Shown here piece by piece: positions 49,317-62,239 of a DNA stretch of 64,000 bases (its first letter is position 1; each line of letters starts with the position of its first letter). This DNA comes from Chiloscyllium plagiosum (taxonomy: Eukaryota): assembly GCF_004010195.1 (NCBI RefSeq), contig NC_057752.1, forward strand, positions 764,123-828,122. Direction: 5' to 3'. A program made the translations under genes and the position numbers. Below the pieces are notes generated by a model. That model saw nothing but the letters and a program-made list of their open reading frames with translations. It was not told where the DNA came from and searched no databases.

Positions 49317-51717
49317 ACGCTACCCCTGACTTCCCTCGTCAGCCATGGTTGCCTCACCCTCCCTGTACCATGCTTCCTTTTTCTCGGGATGAATCTCTGT
49401 GTCTCCTGAATTACTCCCAGAAACTCCAGCCATTGCTGTTCCACTGTCTTTCCTGCTAGGCTCTCCTCCCAATCAATTCTACCCAGCTCCTCCCTCATGC
49501 CTCTGTAGTTGCCTTTATTCAGCTATAATCCGGTTACCTCTGATTCTATCTTCTCCCTCTCAAATTGCAGAGTAAATTCAATCATATTATGATTACTGCC
49601 TCCTGAGAGTTCCTTCACTTTAAGCTTCCTTATCAAGTCTGCCTCATTGCACAACACTAAATCTAGTATTGCCTGTTCCCCAGTGGGCTCCACCACAAGC
49701 TGCTCCAAAAATCCATCTCATAGACATTCCACAAATTCCTTTTCTTGCAATCCACTACCAACCTAATTTTCCCAGTCCACCTGCATATTGAAATCCCCCA
49801 AGATCACTGTAACTTTGCCTTTCCTACACATCTTTTCTATCTTCTGGTGTATCTTGCGCTCTAGCTCCTGACTACTGTTTGGAGGTCTGGACATAACTCC
49901 AACTATGGCTTTTTTACCTTTGTGATTCCTCAATTCTACCCACACAGATTCTACACATCTGACCCTACTTCATTTCTTACTATTGATTTAATTTAATTTC
50001 TTACTAATAAGGCAACCCCACCTCTCTGCCCACCTGCCTATCTTTTTGGTAGGATGTATATTCTTGAAGATCCTATGGAACATTGAAGATCGCATGGAAC
50101 AATTTTAAAGAAGAACAGGGAAGATATCCCCAGTGTCTTGGCTATTGTTTTTCTATCAGTCACCATCACAAAGGAACAGATTATTGGCTCGTGATCATCG
50201 TTTTTTTTAGGAGTTTCATTTATGCAAAGTAATTTCTTTGTTTCTCTCTCTCTCTTTCTCTCTTTCTCTGCCTCTCTGTCCCCCACTCCCCGAAGAACGC
50301 ATGCTGTGTTGGGAAGAGATTGAAAACCTCGTCAAAGCAATTGGCTTTGGAAGTAGCTTTATAAGAGATGGAGATGTTTAGGTTGGGAACCTCAGAGGAT
50401 GAATCCAAACCAGGTGAAAACACAAAGATGGGCAAGAGGTTAGGGGGAATGTACAGTAGATGTTTGGGAATATAGATCATTCTGAAAGAAATTGGAGAGA
50501 AGGTGGGTGAAGCCATGGAAGGATTTGAAGATTAGAATGAACAATTAAATATAATTCATCAGTCTATGGGGAGCTAATGTCACTCCAGATCTGTGGGGTG
50601 ATTGAGGAATGGGACTTGGTGCTATATAGGATACACGTGGTAGAGTTTGAACAGTTTGGAGTTGATGGAGACCAGCATTGAAATACTTGAGTCTGGATGT
50701 AACAAAGGATGTTCCAAATTTGGTGTTTTTGGATGTTCACCTGGATCAAGTGGTCCAATTTATTCCCAAAAATGATTCCCACATCATTTTTCGAAAGGAC
50801 TAAAAGCTAATCATGTGACATAAATTGCAGAGGGAGTCAAAACATTTCAAATTCATGTATGATCTGAGCTGGATATGGTGCCTTTCACATGCATCCTAAT
50901 TTGCACTTCTCTAATCTTTCAGTAGCCAGACTGAAAGCAGTAACAGCTGTGAAACATGAAGCTGAACTCTTTTATTGACTTTGCTAGAACTGCTCCAGTG
51001 CTTGTCAGAGCAGAGGCTGGAATAGAGAGAATCAAATCCAGAGTTTCAGCAGAGATAGGTACATAACTGGAAGGCTGACGAGCTAATTTCATTGAAGTTG
51101 TTGCCAGTCGAAGGGTTAATTGCTGAATTTCAGAATGTGACCTTTTCTATTCTGCTGACTTGTTTGATTAAAAAAACACAGTCTGTTTTCTGAGGATTAA
51201 AAACTGCTGGTCAGCCATTCAGAAGCAGTGGTTTATACCCCCATGATAAATGGGACGGATGTGATTGTAATAGCTAGCAAATGAGTTTTCAGTCTCAATT
51301 TTCCATCTCTGTAGCTGGAAAACCAAATGCATTGTGAACCCCTCCATTGCTTGAGAGAAAAGCTGGACCTCAACAGGATGACAGAACACCACAGTATGTG
51401 AAAGATGCCAAGGAAACAGTCACAGCCATGCAATACTACAACAACAGTTCTATTGTATGCAGCAGTGCAGTGGATTTTCTGATTTGCTGATAGATATGGG
51501 TTGCTGTGTGTTTATATTTATCCTTGTGATGATCTGGCCACAATTCTGCTACTCACTCAGCCTTCATAGAGTCAGACTTCAGCATTAGCTTCAGTTATTA
51601 CCATCACTGTAAAAACTCTAAGGTGTTTCATTCTAGGCAGAGGGAGAGTCAGGATGTTTTTAATGAGAACAAGCACTTCAACTTTGGTTTGACACTATGT
51701 TCTCATTCCCTCCACAG

Positions 51718-51804
51718 ACTCGGCGGGGAAGTGATACAGAGCGGAGGAGTCTAGACAGTAAAGCAGATAATATTGGAAGTGGCCGTGCAATCCCAATTAA
51801 ACAG
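51718..51804 (+). CDS. AGAP2: AGAP2 exon ([29 protein letters not shown])
   Basis: ccacag acceptor and CAG|gtaggt donor; 87 nt, phase 0-0; [10 protein letters not shown] marks the PH domain start. Confidence 0.95.
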
Positions 51805-54646
51805 GTAGGTTTCAGCACCACGATGGCAAAATACACAGTTCTTGACAAATATCACTTAAGCTCTTCTTTACCTCTGTCCCTTCATCATAGTGCCCAAGAT
51901 GGGAGAGTGCAACATGGATCATTTGGGAGGGCCAGGGGATATCTGAACTATTCATTCCATACTTACGTTAACTGACCAGGGTGCGGATACTAGTCAGGGG
52001 TTATACAATTATCCTTAGTGGGAAAGAAAACTCAGTCAGTTTCCCAGCTCCTAATGGGCATGCCGTTGGAAATATGCTTGTGTGATGAAATCAAACTGTG
52101 TGGTGATGTGTTTATAGCTGAATAGCTGCTAATCAGGTGCTTATATAGAGAATGGCCATTTGGGTGAAGTACTAGAGAAGCTCTTGGCATCTGCCAAGCT
52201 GTATGTAAACAAGAATCCGAACTTTCTGGTGTGCAAGTTTGGATCGTATTTTAGAGTTTTAGCTGTCACCCATAATTGTTCTGTCAGTCTACAACAGCAC
52301 ATTGATTATAACTGAGAATGAGATGTAATTTGTGAGATGAGCTCAATAACGCTTCCAGATCAGACTCCCTTCAAAATATTTGAAGAAGGTAGCCTAGGTG
52401 CTAATTATTTTCTTATAATAAAGGCAAATATAAAGTGATGTGTTCCAGATACAATTCAAACTACTTGGCGTTTAAGCAAAACACAATTTGTTCAAACACT
52501 ATAGTTAAAATACAAACAAAAGAAAGAAGAACTTAGAATAACTTAACTCTGATGAGAAACATAACAGAATAATAGATACAGTAACTATTACTACTTAACT
52601 GTTCCAATATAGCAATGACACATAAACACACCCCTCGGCATAAAGGTAAATTCAGAAATCAGATTTTTTAACATGCAATGCCTGCAGTAGGAAGAGAAGC
52701 CCCAGCTTCTAGCTGAAACCGAGAGAGGGAAAAATAACTTCTACTTGTTTAAATCTCCAACAGCTTCTAAAAATATAAAGGCTAAAAAAAAAACCTAGAA
52801 ATCCTGGTCTGAGAGCTGGTCACATCCATCCAGGCTATTTTTCCAACAGTTTTTAAAAAACCCAACGCCTCACAAGCGCTTTATGTTACCACGGACAGCT
52901 CGTCACCTCTTGTTCAAACTCTTTCTTAAAAGAAACCAGGACAAAATATACCACTTAAAGCCACAGCATCGCCACAATTCAAATGGCTAAAATCCTGAAA
53001 GACTTGAATGTTGCTTGTTTAACGAAGACTAGAACCTGTTTCCTCCCTACTATCCTATACTATATTAAGTTCCAGACCCTGCAGACATGCCATCAAAATC
53101 TGTCATCTAATTCACAGACTTCTCTGTGGTCTCACACAACTGTACAGTTTCCTCTAACCAAACATCTTGACTCACTCCATTGTTCAGCCTGTGGATTTTT
53201 GTGCTCCACCATCAGTAGCAGAGACTTCAGGTGTTTCAACACTCTCACTAATTCTAATTATCCTTGCTAAATCTTCTCTCCACCTTCAAAACCAATCCTT
53301 CAGAACAACTGACTGACTTAACTGACTTCTCCTACTTCGTATTCAATGTCCACTCCTCTCCCTATCCCAATTTGTTAAATGCCATGGGATATCTTGTAAA
53401 TTTAAAGACATTTTATGAACAGAAGTTGTTCTTCGTAATGTGCAAAGCATTACTGCAAGTTTCTTATTTCAACATGCAAGTTCTCTTCTTTTTGGTCCAA
53501 TTTCCTGTTTTCTGTTCCCACCTGATGTAGTTGCCACTAAAGACATGTTTGAGCCTGGGAAGGAGGAAGCTGAGCTGTGTGGACTCTCAAACAATGCACA
53601 ATGCTCCTTCAACTCCAACCTGTTCAAACTCTGCCATGCGTATCCTATATAGCACCAAGTCCCATTCCTCTATAACTCAACAGATCTTGAGTGACATTAG
53701 ATCCCCATAGACTGATGAACTATATTTAATTTTTAATTCTACTTTTTACTAATTTTACTTCTTTATTTTTCTACTATTCTGTGAAGTAATGCTTAACTTT
53801 TTAACTCTCGTTTCTCTTACTACTTTGTACCTAAGCCTTTTTTGTACGTGGGTACTTTGGTACCTAAGATGGCTCCATTTGTGCTGAAATTATACACTTT
53901 TCACTATACTCCTGTACTCCCACACTTGACAATAAAATCTAAAAATCTAATTATTCCCTTCCATCAGTAGGTCAAATATGTTAGGTGGCCTTTTGAATGT
54001 GGTTTAGTAGAACAAAAAGTACCAGGAAGTCTCACATAGTTTTATTTACATGTTACTAAAGTTAAGTTACAACAAGGAAAAGGGCTATTTGCCAATCAAG
54101 CCAACTGTTTACCTTTGTCTCGCTTCAGTTTTCTTTCCTCATGAAGGTGTTGACTACTGTTGGGTGTGATTCCATTACCATGAATACCAGGAAGTCTCAC
54201 ATAATTTTATTTATATGTTACTAAAGTTAAGTTACAACAAGGAGAAGGGCTATTTGGTACAGCCAATCATGTTCGTGTTTACCCTCCATACGAGCAATAA
54301 TCCAAATCATATTTATCTAACTTGTTCCCATTTTCTTTCATCTATCCAATCAGATCTTGAATATTTCCATCACTTCAACTAGTAATCCTGGAAATGAATT
54401 CCACAGCCTCACAACTCTCCATGTTATCATGTTTCTCCTGCCATCTTTTTAAATAACTTGCATATAATGTTGTGTGCATGGTCCCTTGCTCTAGACTCCT
54501 TAACTATTAGAAACAGTCTACTCTGTCCATTTTATCCCATCCTTTTGACATTCAAACAAACTTATCATAATCTGGGTTACAAGAAAGACGGAACACCCTC
54601 AGTTTTTCTAGATCTGAGTTGTTTGAGTGAGCAATGCGTAGAGTAG

Positions 54647-54859
<213 letters not shown>

Positions 54860-55891
54860 TAAAGCAAGTGTGCCTGTGAAAATCACATCTCTCATGCTTG
54901 GGAAAACAGTGTTTTGGTTAAATTAGCAGTATGTGACATTGCTCTTGGTAGGTTGGAAAATTTGCTGCTTTCAAAACATCAGGATCATTATCCTCTGTAA
55001 TGTATAGTATATTTTGTTACTGAAGTGCAGGTGGATGCAATGTGATGAATCCCTCTAATAGCCCTAGGTGATCTTTCCACAGCTTCTTAATTTTCTTAAT
55101 TATAAATAATGGAGCATATGTTATAATCCCATTTGTTGGTAATACTGGACAAGTCAGTTCCCAGCATGCAACCTGGCTTGATGGATCATAAGTTTAATAA
55201 TTTGCAGTTGGTTGCAGTGGTGGCCAGTCACCGAACATATTCACACGAGGCTATAAATTTTCTTTAACATTGATTAAATTAAAGAAAACAAAACAAAACA
55301 AACAAAGCTATACATGTTTGCCAGTTTAGAAAGAGCATCGCATAAACAGCAAAACAAAGCTGTAAACTGTTGCCTTGCAATATCTTTTACAGATATTCAA
55401 ATCCCAGAGAAACGTAACTCCTCCCTTAACTCTTTACTTTCTTACTTAACTGATTCTTTTCAATCTTCATCCTAAGACTGTTGAGACTGTTTCAAAAGTT
55501 CTTTCCAATTTTGATGGCCCAAACTTATTTTCAGTTCCACTGGCCGAAATTTCCTTTTGATTCTGACAATTCAAGAGCTTCTTCACAAACTCTCACTGCT
55601 TGGAGACTTCACATACTAAAATCCTTCTGCTAGGGTGTAAACCATACTCCTGAACTGAACATGTAGTTTCCTCCAAGCAGACATTTTTTTCTCCTGAACT
55701 GAACTTCTGATTCTTCTGAACTGAAGTAAAACTAATCTACTGGCCATTGGTCTGATTCCTCAGTCAGTCATGAACTCATCAGTGTAAACATTCCATCAAT
55801 CAACACCGCAGGTATCCTGCTAATTACTTCACTGAATCTGCTACTTTGGAAGTTTTAACAATGTTGAGGTTCTGTACTACTAAGCAACTAT

Positions 55892-56207
55892 TTAGATTAG
55901 ATTCTCTACAGTGTAGAAACAGGCCCTTTGGCCCAACAAGTCCACACCGACCTGTCTGAAGAGTAACGCACCCAGTCCCATTTCCCTCTGACTAATGCAT
56001 CTAACACTATAGGCAATTTAGCATGGCCAATTCACCTGACCAGCACATCTTTGGATTGTGGGTGGAAACCGGAGCACCCGGAGGAAACCCACACAGACAC
56101 AGGGAGAATGTGCAAACTCCACACAGACAGTCAACCAAGGCTGGAATCGAATCTGGGACCCTGGTGCTGTGAGACAACAGTGCTAACCACTGAGCCACTG
56201 TGCCACT
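55892..56207 (-). mobile_element. HE1-type SINE
   Basis: Same structure as 1698-2017. Confidence 0.85.
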
Positions 56208-56878
56208 CCACTGTTCCAAATAATTTGTGACATTGAAAATTTTACTTTCACAGAACTGAAACCAAAATCCATCTGCCTATGTTTTAGAAATCCAAATTCC
56301 CAAAAGATAATATACACATACATTACTATGAATATTGTGGGGATTTCCACCAGACTTTCTCTGGCAGATTCCCTCAATCATTAGGAGAGTCTCCGACAGA
56401 CGTTCCCAATCACACTGACGGTCTCCGTGAATTCCTTGTGTCCTCCATCATTTGTTAACTTCTACTTTCCAATGAGCAGTATCATCAAGATGAGAGATTT
56501 CTGTACTGTGAAATTACCCTGTTGGAAAATGCCAGAATGGTGTGAACAATGTGAATGGAGGTGGCCCGAGAGAAATTGCGAAGTAGAAATCCAGTAGACT
56601 GGAACAAGTGATGGCTGTAATCTATCAAAGTGAAAATGGGGCAGTTTGTAATTATCATATCACCATGATATTTTGAATTGTCATGCTACTCAGCGGGGGT
56701 CAGTTTCAACTTTGCTACCTGGACACCAACCTGGCATGAAAATCAAGCAGAATCTCTAATAGCTTGGGGGTCCACTCTGTCAGGTTGCCACTTAGACATT
56801 GAAGTTTGAAACATATTTCCTCCACCACTCCAACAGCATTTTCAAGTCCTGGTGAATTCTACTTGTTTTTCATCTCAG

Positions 56879-57026
56879 GATTATATGCAGAACATCCATG
56901 GAAAAGAGATTGATCTTCTCAGGACAACAGTTAAAGTTCCTGGCAAGCGGCCACCCCGTGCTGTTTCAACCAGTGGTGCCTCCACCAGCCTGAATGGACT
57001 CATGGGCAGCGGGCAAGAAAGTGTTG
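56879..57026 (+). CDS. AGAP2: AGAP2 exon, PH domain ([49 protein letters not shown])
   Basis: tctcag acceptor and G|gtaatt donor; 148 nt, phase 0-1. Confidence 0.9.
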
Positions 57027-57730
57027 GTAATTACAGCTCAATATAAGCTCTATGGCAGCACTCAATAAATCTTCACTGTACAAAATTCCTCTTTGAAACG
57101 AAAAACAAAGTACTGCGGACGCTGAAGATCTGAAATAAAAGATGAAAGTGCTGGAGAAACTCAGCAAGTCTGGCATCACTTGTGGAGAGAGAAACAGAGT
57201 TAACAATATGACTTATTTGAAGAGTGATATTGGACTAATAACATGAACTCTGTTTCTCTCTCCACAGCTGCTGCCAGACCTCTGCTGAGTTTCTCCAGAT
57301 ATTTTATTCCACTTTGAAACTTCTTGTCTTTTTGGATAGCTAAAATGCTCAGAATTAATTCAAGATGTGGTACTTGTCAATGTGTGTTGTGCGTATTAAG
57401 TGATTAGGTTTGAGTAGGAGACAGCATGATGACTCTTGATCTCAACTGTGTGAGAATGCAGAGATGAAAAATGTGTATATATCATTATAATCCTATTTTG
57501 GGTAATGACGAACATTCTGATCTTTTTAGTGCATTTGAGGATTAAGAATTTGCTTCTCAATCCCTAGACTTAGAACATTTTGACAGTTGTAATATTTGAT
57601 TTCACAACACAGCAAAAGTAGTTTGAATGATCGTTAGTATTAACAATGCTGTGCTTCACCATAGTTAGTGCAAGAGTTTAACTTAAGAAGTTAAAGATTG
57701 AGTAATTCATGGATTGTCTTTTTCCCACAG

Positions 57731-57868
57731 ATTCTCTGCATGCTGGTGGTTTAGACCCTGTTGCTGAGCAAGCAATTGTTGGTGATACCAAGGTCAAAGG
57801 AAAGTTCCCAAACTGCTCCTCCATTTCTAGTAGTGAACAGTGGAGTGAAAATAGTTCAAAAACTGCTG
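57731..57868 (+). CDS. AGAP2: AGAP2 exon, PH insert (DSLHAGGLDPV...CSSISSSEQWSENSSKTA)
   Basis: tttcccacag acceptor and G|gtaagg donor; 138 nt, phase 1-1; SISSSEQWSE resembles AGAP1 SVSSADQWSE. Confidence 0.8.
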
Positions 57869-58581
57869 GTAAGGAAAATATGGCAGCTCTATGAGTAACT
57901 AGTAGCCATGCAGTGTGGTGGTTAACCTTCTGAATGCAGCAAAGTGTATCTGCTAATTATATAGAGCCAGAAGGCCCAGGTTCAAATCCCACCTGTTTCA
58001 GAGGTGTGTCATAACATATCTGAACAGGTTGGTTTAAAAATTTACAGAAGTTGCAGTGAATGGCTGAAACTATTTAGTCGTTTAAGAAAGAAAGTCCCCA
58101 TAGGGTAAATTTAATGATTAGCATTCCCAATGCAGAGCAAATTCAGGGGCATGCCAGCTATCATTTTCTATACATGAAAGCTAATACAGAAAATTGCGTT
58201 CCAGCTTCTAATGATAAGGAAGGATTAATTTGTAAATGTCAGTTATCAAACATCTATCTGTTCTAAACCGATTTTCCAGCATTTGGCCCATAGCTTTGCA
58301 TGCTGTGGTGTTTCAAGTGTTCATCTATATATTACTTAAACATTTTGATGGTTCCTGCCTCTACTACATTTTATGTAGTGAGTTCCAGAAACCCACAACT
58401 CTCTGAGTGAAAGAAATGTTCCTTAAACCCTTCTAAACCTCATGCTCCTGACCTTAAAACGGTGACCCTGGTTATTGAGGGGAAAGGTTTGTCACTACCT
58501 ATCCTACCTGTGTCCCTCAGATTGCTTATATCAATCAAGTCCCAGCCTTTTCCCAGCATTCTGGCCAATACTACTACTTAA

Positions 58582-58787
58582 GGAGAAAGTGAGGACTGCA
58601 GATGCTGGAGATCAGAGCTGAAAATGTGTTGCCGGAAAAGCGCAGCAGGTCAGGCAGCATCCAAGGAACAGGAGAATCGACGTTTCGGGCATAAGCCCGA
58701 AGAAGGGCTTATGCCCGAAGCGTCGATTCTCCTGTTCCTTGGATGCTGCCTGACCTGCTGCGCTTTTCCGGCAACACATTTTCAGCT
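58582..58787. mobile_element. Young Penelope-derived fold-back insertion
   Basis: About 84-bp near-perfect inverted arms; TSD CAATACTACTACTTAA (58566-58581, 58788-58803). Confidence 0.85.
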
Positions 58788-59948
58788 CAATACTACTACT
58801 TAATACTATTACTGGGGTAGATTATCTAGTAACATATCTTTTTTTTTGCGTAGAATCATGCAGTGTGCAGATTTGTTGAAGCATTAGCATACTTTACGAC
58901 AGTCACTAACCTGAAGTGTTTTGGAATATATATTGCAGAGTTGAAAATATATTGTTGGAATGCAATTTTTAAAATACTATTTTGAGTTCTAGAGGTAAAG
59001 ACTGACTGTTTTCAGTGCTATCAGTATGAAGAAAATATTGTCATTTGTACTATATATGTAATTGTGCCATCAAACCAATAGCCATTCAAGTGCACTGGCC
59101 AATGACAGTGAACCCATAGAAAATCCCATTGGGATCACATTCAGAGTCCAAATGACTTTTATGCTGCAGAAATGTAATTTGGAAGCTGTCGTTTCTTTTA
59201 ACAGTAAGATCCAAAGTGATTTGATGCTGGAATAGAAGAGTGAGAGCACATTAGCAGCACTCAGCTATGCTTCATAATTCAATCTTGCACAAACTAACCA
59301 AACAAGCTAACAAAAGCCCACCAACATCTGCCAAGCAGACCACACCACCAGGGGATGACAACTGAAGAAATAGCCTCTTTGTTTTTAATTAATCATTCAT
59401 GAAATGTGGATGTTGATGGCAGGGCCACCATTCACAGCCCATCTCTAATTGCCCTTGAGAAGGTGGCAGTGATCTTCCTTCTTGAACCGCTGGAGTTCAG
59501 CACTGTTGGGAAGGGTGTTTGACAATTTTGACCAGTGACAGTGAAGGAATGGCAATATAATTCCAAGTCAGGATGGTGAGTGGCTTGGAGGGGAACTTGC
59601 AGGGTTTTGCCCAAAACATCGATTCTCCTGCTCCTCAGCTGTTGCCTGACCTGCTGTGTTTTTCCAGCATCACACTCTCGACTTCGATGTTTGCTGTCTG
59701 CTATTTCCAGTGCAGAGAGAACTGGGACCAGGTGATTGGTACAAACTTGTCAACAGTGACCCCTTCTGGAGAATGTTTGGAAGTACAGTTCATTGTTGTA
59801 ATGATTCAAAATAGCCACAGAATTATTGCAGAGGCTTTAGCTAGGTAGAGCTGAATAGGTATATCTCTATGATGGTCCTTCTGACAGTGTAGTTCATCCT
59901 CTGTTCTGGTGTACCAGTCCAAATCATGGCTTCATGAGACACAAAAAA

Positions 59949-60170
59949 GGGGCGGCACGGTGGTACAGTGGTTAGCACTGCTGCCTCGCAGCGTCAGAGA
60001 CCCGGGTTCAATTCCCGCCTCAGGCGACTGACTGTGTGGAGTTTGCACGTTCTCCCCGTGTCTGCGTGGGTTTCCTCCGGGTGCTCCGGTTTCCTCCCAC
60101 AAGTCCAAAAATGTGCAGGTCAGGTGAATTGGCCATGATAGATTGCCCGTCGTGAATCTAATCTAATCTA
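59949..60170 (+). mobile_element. Young HE1-type SINE, internally deleted
   Basis: CpG-rich head nearly identical to 42241; (TCTAA)n tail. Confidence 0.85.
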
Positions 60171-60419
60171 AACAACAACGTTATGACTCAAGTTGTGACA
60201 ATGCTACCAACTGTATTATACAATGGAAACTAAATAAGATGCAAAATTAACAGCATATTAAATTGCTGGGAGTTTAATCCAACAGGTTTATGCATTTGAT
60301 CACACTGTCATGAAGAGGCACTATGGAGAAATTGCTTTCTAGCCTGACAATTACAAGGCTGCACTTTACTAATACAAATAAATTATAGATAGGGAAATGC
60401 AAATCCTTTTTATTATTCC

Positions 60420-60935
60420 TTGTGAAATGTAGTCGTCACTGGCTGGGCCAGCATTTGTTGCTCATCCCTAGTTGACCCTTGAGAAAGTGGCGATGAACTG
60501 CCTTTTTGAACCGCTGCAGTCAGCCTGCTGTGGGTTGACCCACATGCCATTCAAGAGGGAGTTCCAGGATTTTGACCCAGTGACAGTGAAGGAACAGTGA
60601 TATATTTCCAACTTAGGATGATGAGTGGCTCGGAGGGGAATGTGCAGGTGGTGGTATGCCCATGTATCTGCTGCCCTTGTCCTTCTAGATGGAAGTGGTC
60701 CTGGGTTTAGAAGGTCTGTCTGAAGATCTTTGATGAATTTCTGCAGTGCAAAAGCAGGTCTGGCAGCATCAGTGGAGAGAAAGCAGAGTTAATGTTTTGC
60801 TTTACATCATCCTACCAATTTCTGTCTTTGTTTCAGATTTCAGAGAGTCTGCAGTTCGTTCTTTTATTCCAGTGGAATTGGAATACTTGGTTTGGCCTGT
60901 ATCTTGTAGATAGTATACGCTGCTGCTACTGAGTT
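60420..60935 (-). mobile_element. CR1-clade LINE 3' end (family of 43560-45170)
   Basis: Homologous to 43600-43910. Confidence 0.7.
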
Positions 60936-61079
60936 TGAATGTCATAAAATACTTGGTATGGAGTGATCAAGGGCTGATCTGCTCATAATTTATTAAGTAA
61001 GAGGTAATTCCTTTTGGGATTTAGAACTTATCATCAAAAGCAAATTACTTCATTATCCTGAGGGGGAAAAAAGACTTCC

Positions 61080-61240
61080 AGAGGATGTGGTGGAGGCTGG
61101 TACAATTGCAACATTTAAGAGGCATTTGGATGGGTATATGAATAGGAAGGGTTTGGAGAGATATGGGCCGGGTGCTGGCATGGACGGGTTGGACCGAAGG
61201 GTCTGTTTCCATGCTGTACATCTCTATGACTCTATGACTT
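61080..61240 (+). mobile_element. CR1/HER1 LINE 3' end
   Basis: VVEAGTIATFKRHLDGYMNRK; (CTATGACT)n tail. Confidence 0.8.
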
Positions 61241-61722
61241 CTCATGTTGAAATAAAACAACATGTTGTTTTGTGCAAAACCAATTCCATGAGGTGAGACT
61301 CGGCCCTTAACAGGAAGAACCCAAATTTGATTTCTGGAATGCTGAATTGAATCATTTTAGGCACTGTAGTAATGGAGATACCACAGTTGGCTTCATATTG
61401 CAAGGTAGGCCAAGGTTTCCAACCTTGGTTGCTATCAGTGGGCACAACTTTTGTTTAATGCTCTACCTGAATAACCGTGCCAACAACAGTGTAGCATTCC
61501 CTCAGTTCTGCATTCCATTGAAAGACTAGATTTTGTGTTCCAGTCTCTAGAGTGGCTCGCAATGCAAGGAGAAGTGGACCTCAATTTGATTCATGGGTAG
61601 GGGAGAAAAATTTGGTCGGGTGGACAAAATGGCCTCCTATTACCCACACTATACTTTGAGAAAAAGAGACTTAAATGAATTGCAGCACTGATTATTTCAT
61701 ATCTGTGTTTTCCTTTACAAAG

Positions 61723-61863
61723 AAGGGGCTACCATAGGTGAAGGCATCTCAAGTCCCTCAAGCAGCAAGCTGGACTCCCCACCCTCACCCCAGATAAACC
61801 GAAGGAAACATCGCAGGAAGAAGAGTGTGAGCAGGGCAGATGGCATGATGGGATTGGCAGAAG
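61723..61863 (+). CDS. AGAP2: AGAP2 exon (EGATIGEGISSPSSSKLDSPPSPQINRRKHRRKKSVSRADGMMGLAE)
   Basis: Pyrimidine tract and AAG acceptor (exact acceptor ambiguous), G|gtaaat donor; 141 nt, phase 1-1; matches the AGAP KLDPPPSPHANRKKHRRKK basic motif. Confidence 0.88.
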
Positions 61864-62239
61864 GTAAATTCATGGCACAATGGAATGTATTTGAGAAAGT
61901 CTAACTGCTCATGTTACTGAAAAATATTTTTGAGTGCTTGTCTAGAAGAATTTGGTATTTGGTAAGGCCACAAACTTCTTGTAGATATTTCTACAAGTAT
62001 AATTTTGCTACTCTTCTCTGTAAGTGCTGAAGCACCGTCTCTGAAACAATTTGCTCTGTCTTCTTCCAATTTCAGTAGTGAAATTAGTATACTGATAGAT
62101 TGAACTGGAGATGGTCATTCTGTTTTTCTTCTTTATTTTCCTTTCACGTTTTGTCAAATCACCAAACAGAAAACTGAGCAAACTTTCATAATGGCAAAGG
62201 AATTTCAGCAACAAAGAAGCTTTGTGCCCCAAACATTCC

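Larger units (their letters stand above)
45517..49990 (-). mobile_element. Long CR1 LINE (APE plus RT) with nested Penelope fragment, SINE and second CR1
   Basis: VILGDFN, AILDLVL, IYLDFKKVFDHVPH, GVPQG, RSHLECCVQFWAP fragments in the expected order. Confidence 0.9.

Noticed and set aside
52331..52976. Possible solo LTR (TGTGAGATG...CATCGCCACA)
   Set aside because: Termini are suggestive, but the flanks AATT/ATTC are not a clean TSD and there is no second copy in the window.
55119..55860. Possible solo LTR (TGTTA...TAACA)
   Set aside because: No matching TSD and no second copy; cannot be supported without a search.
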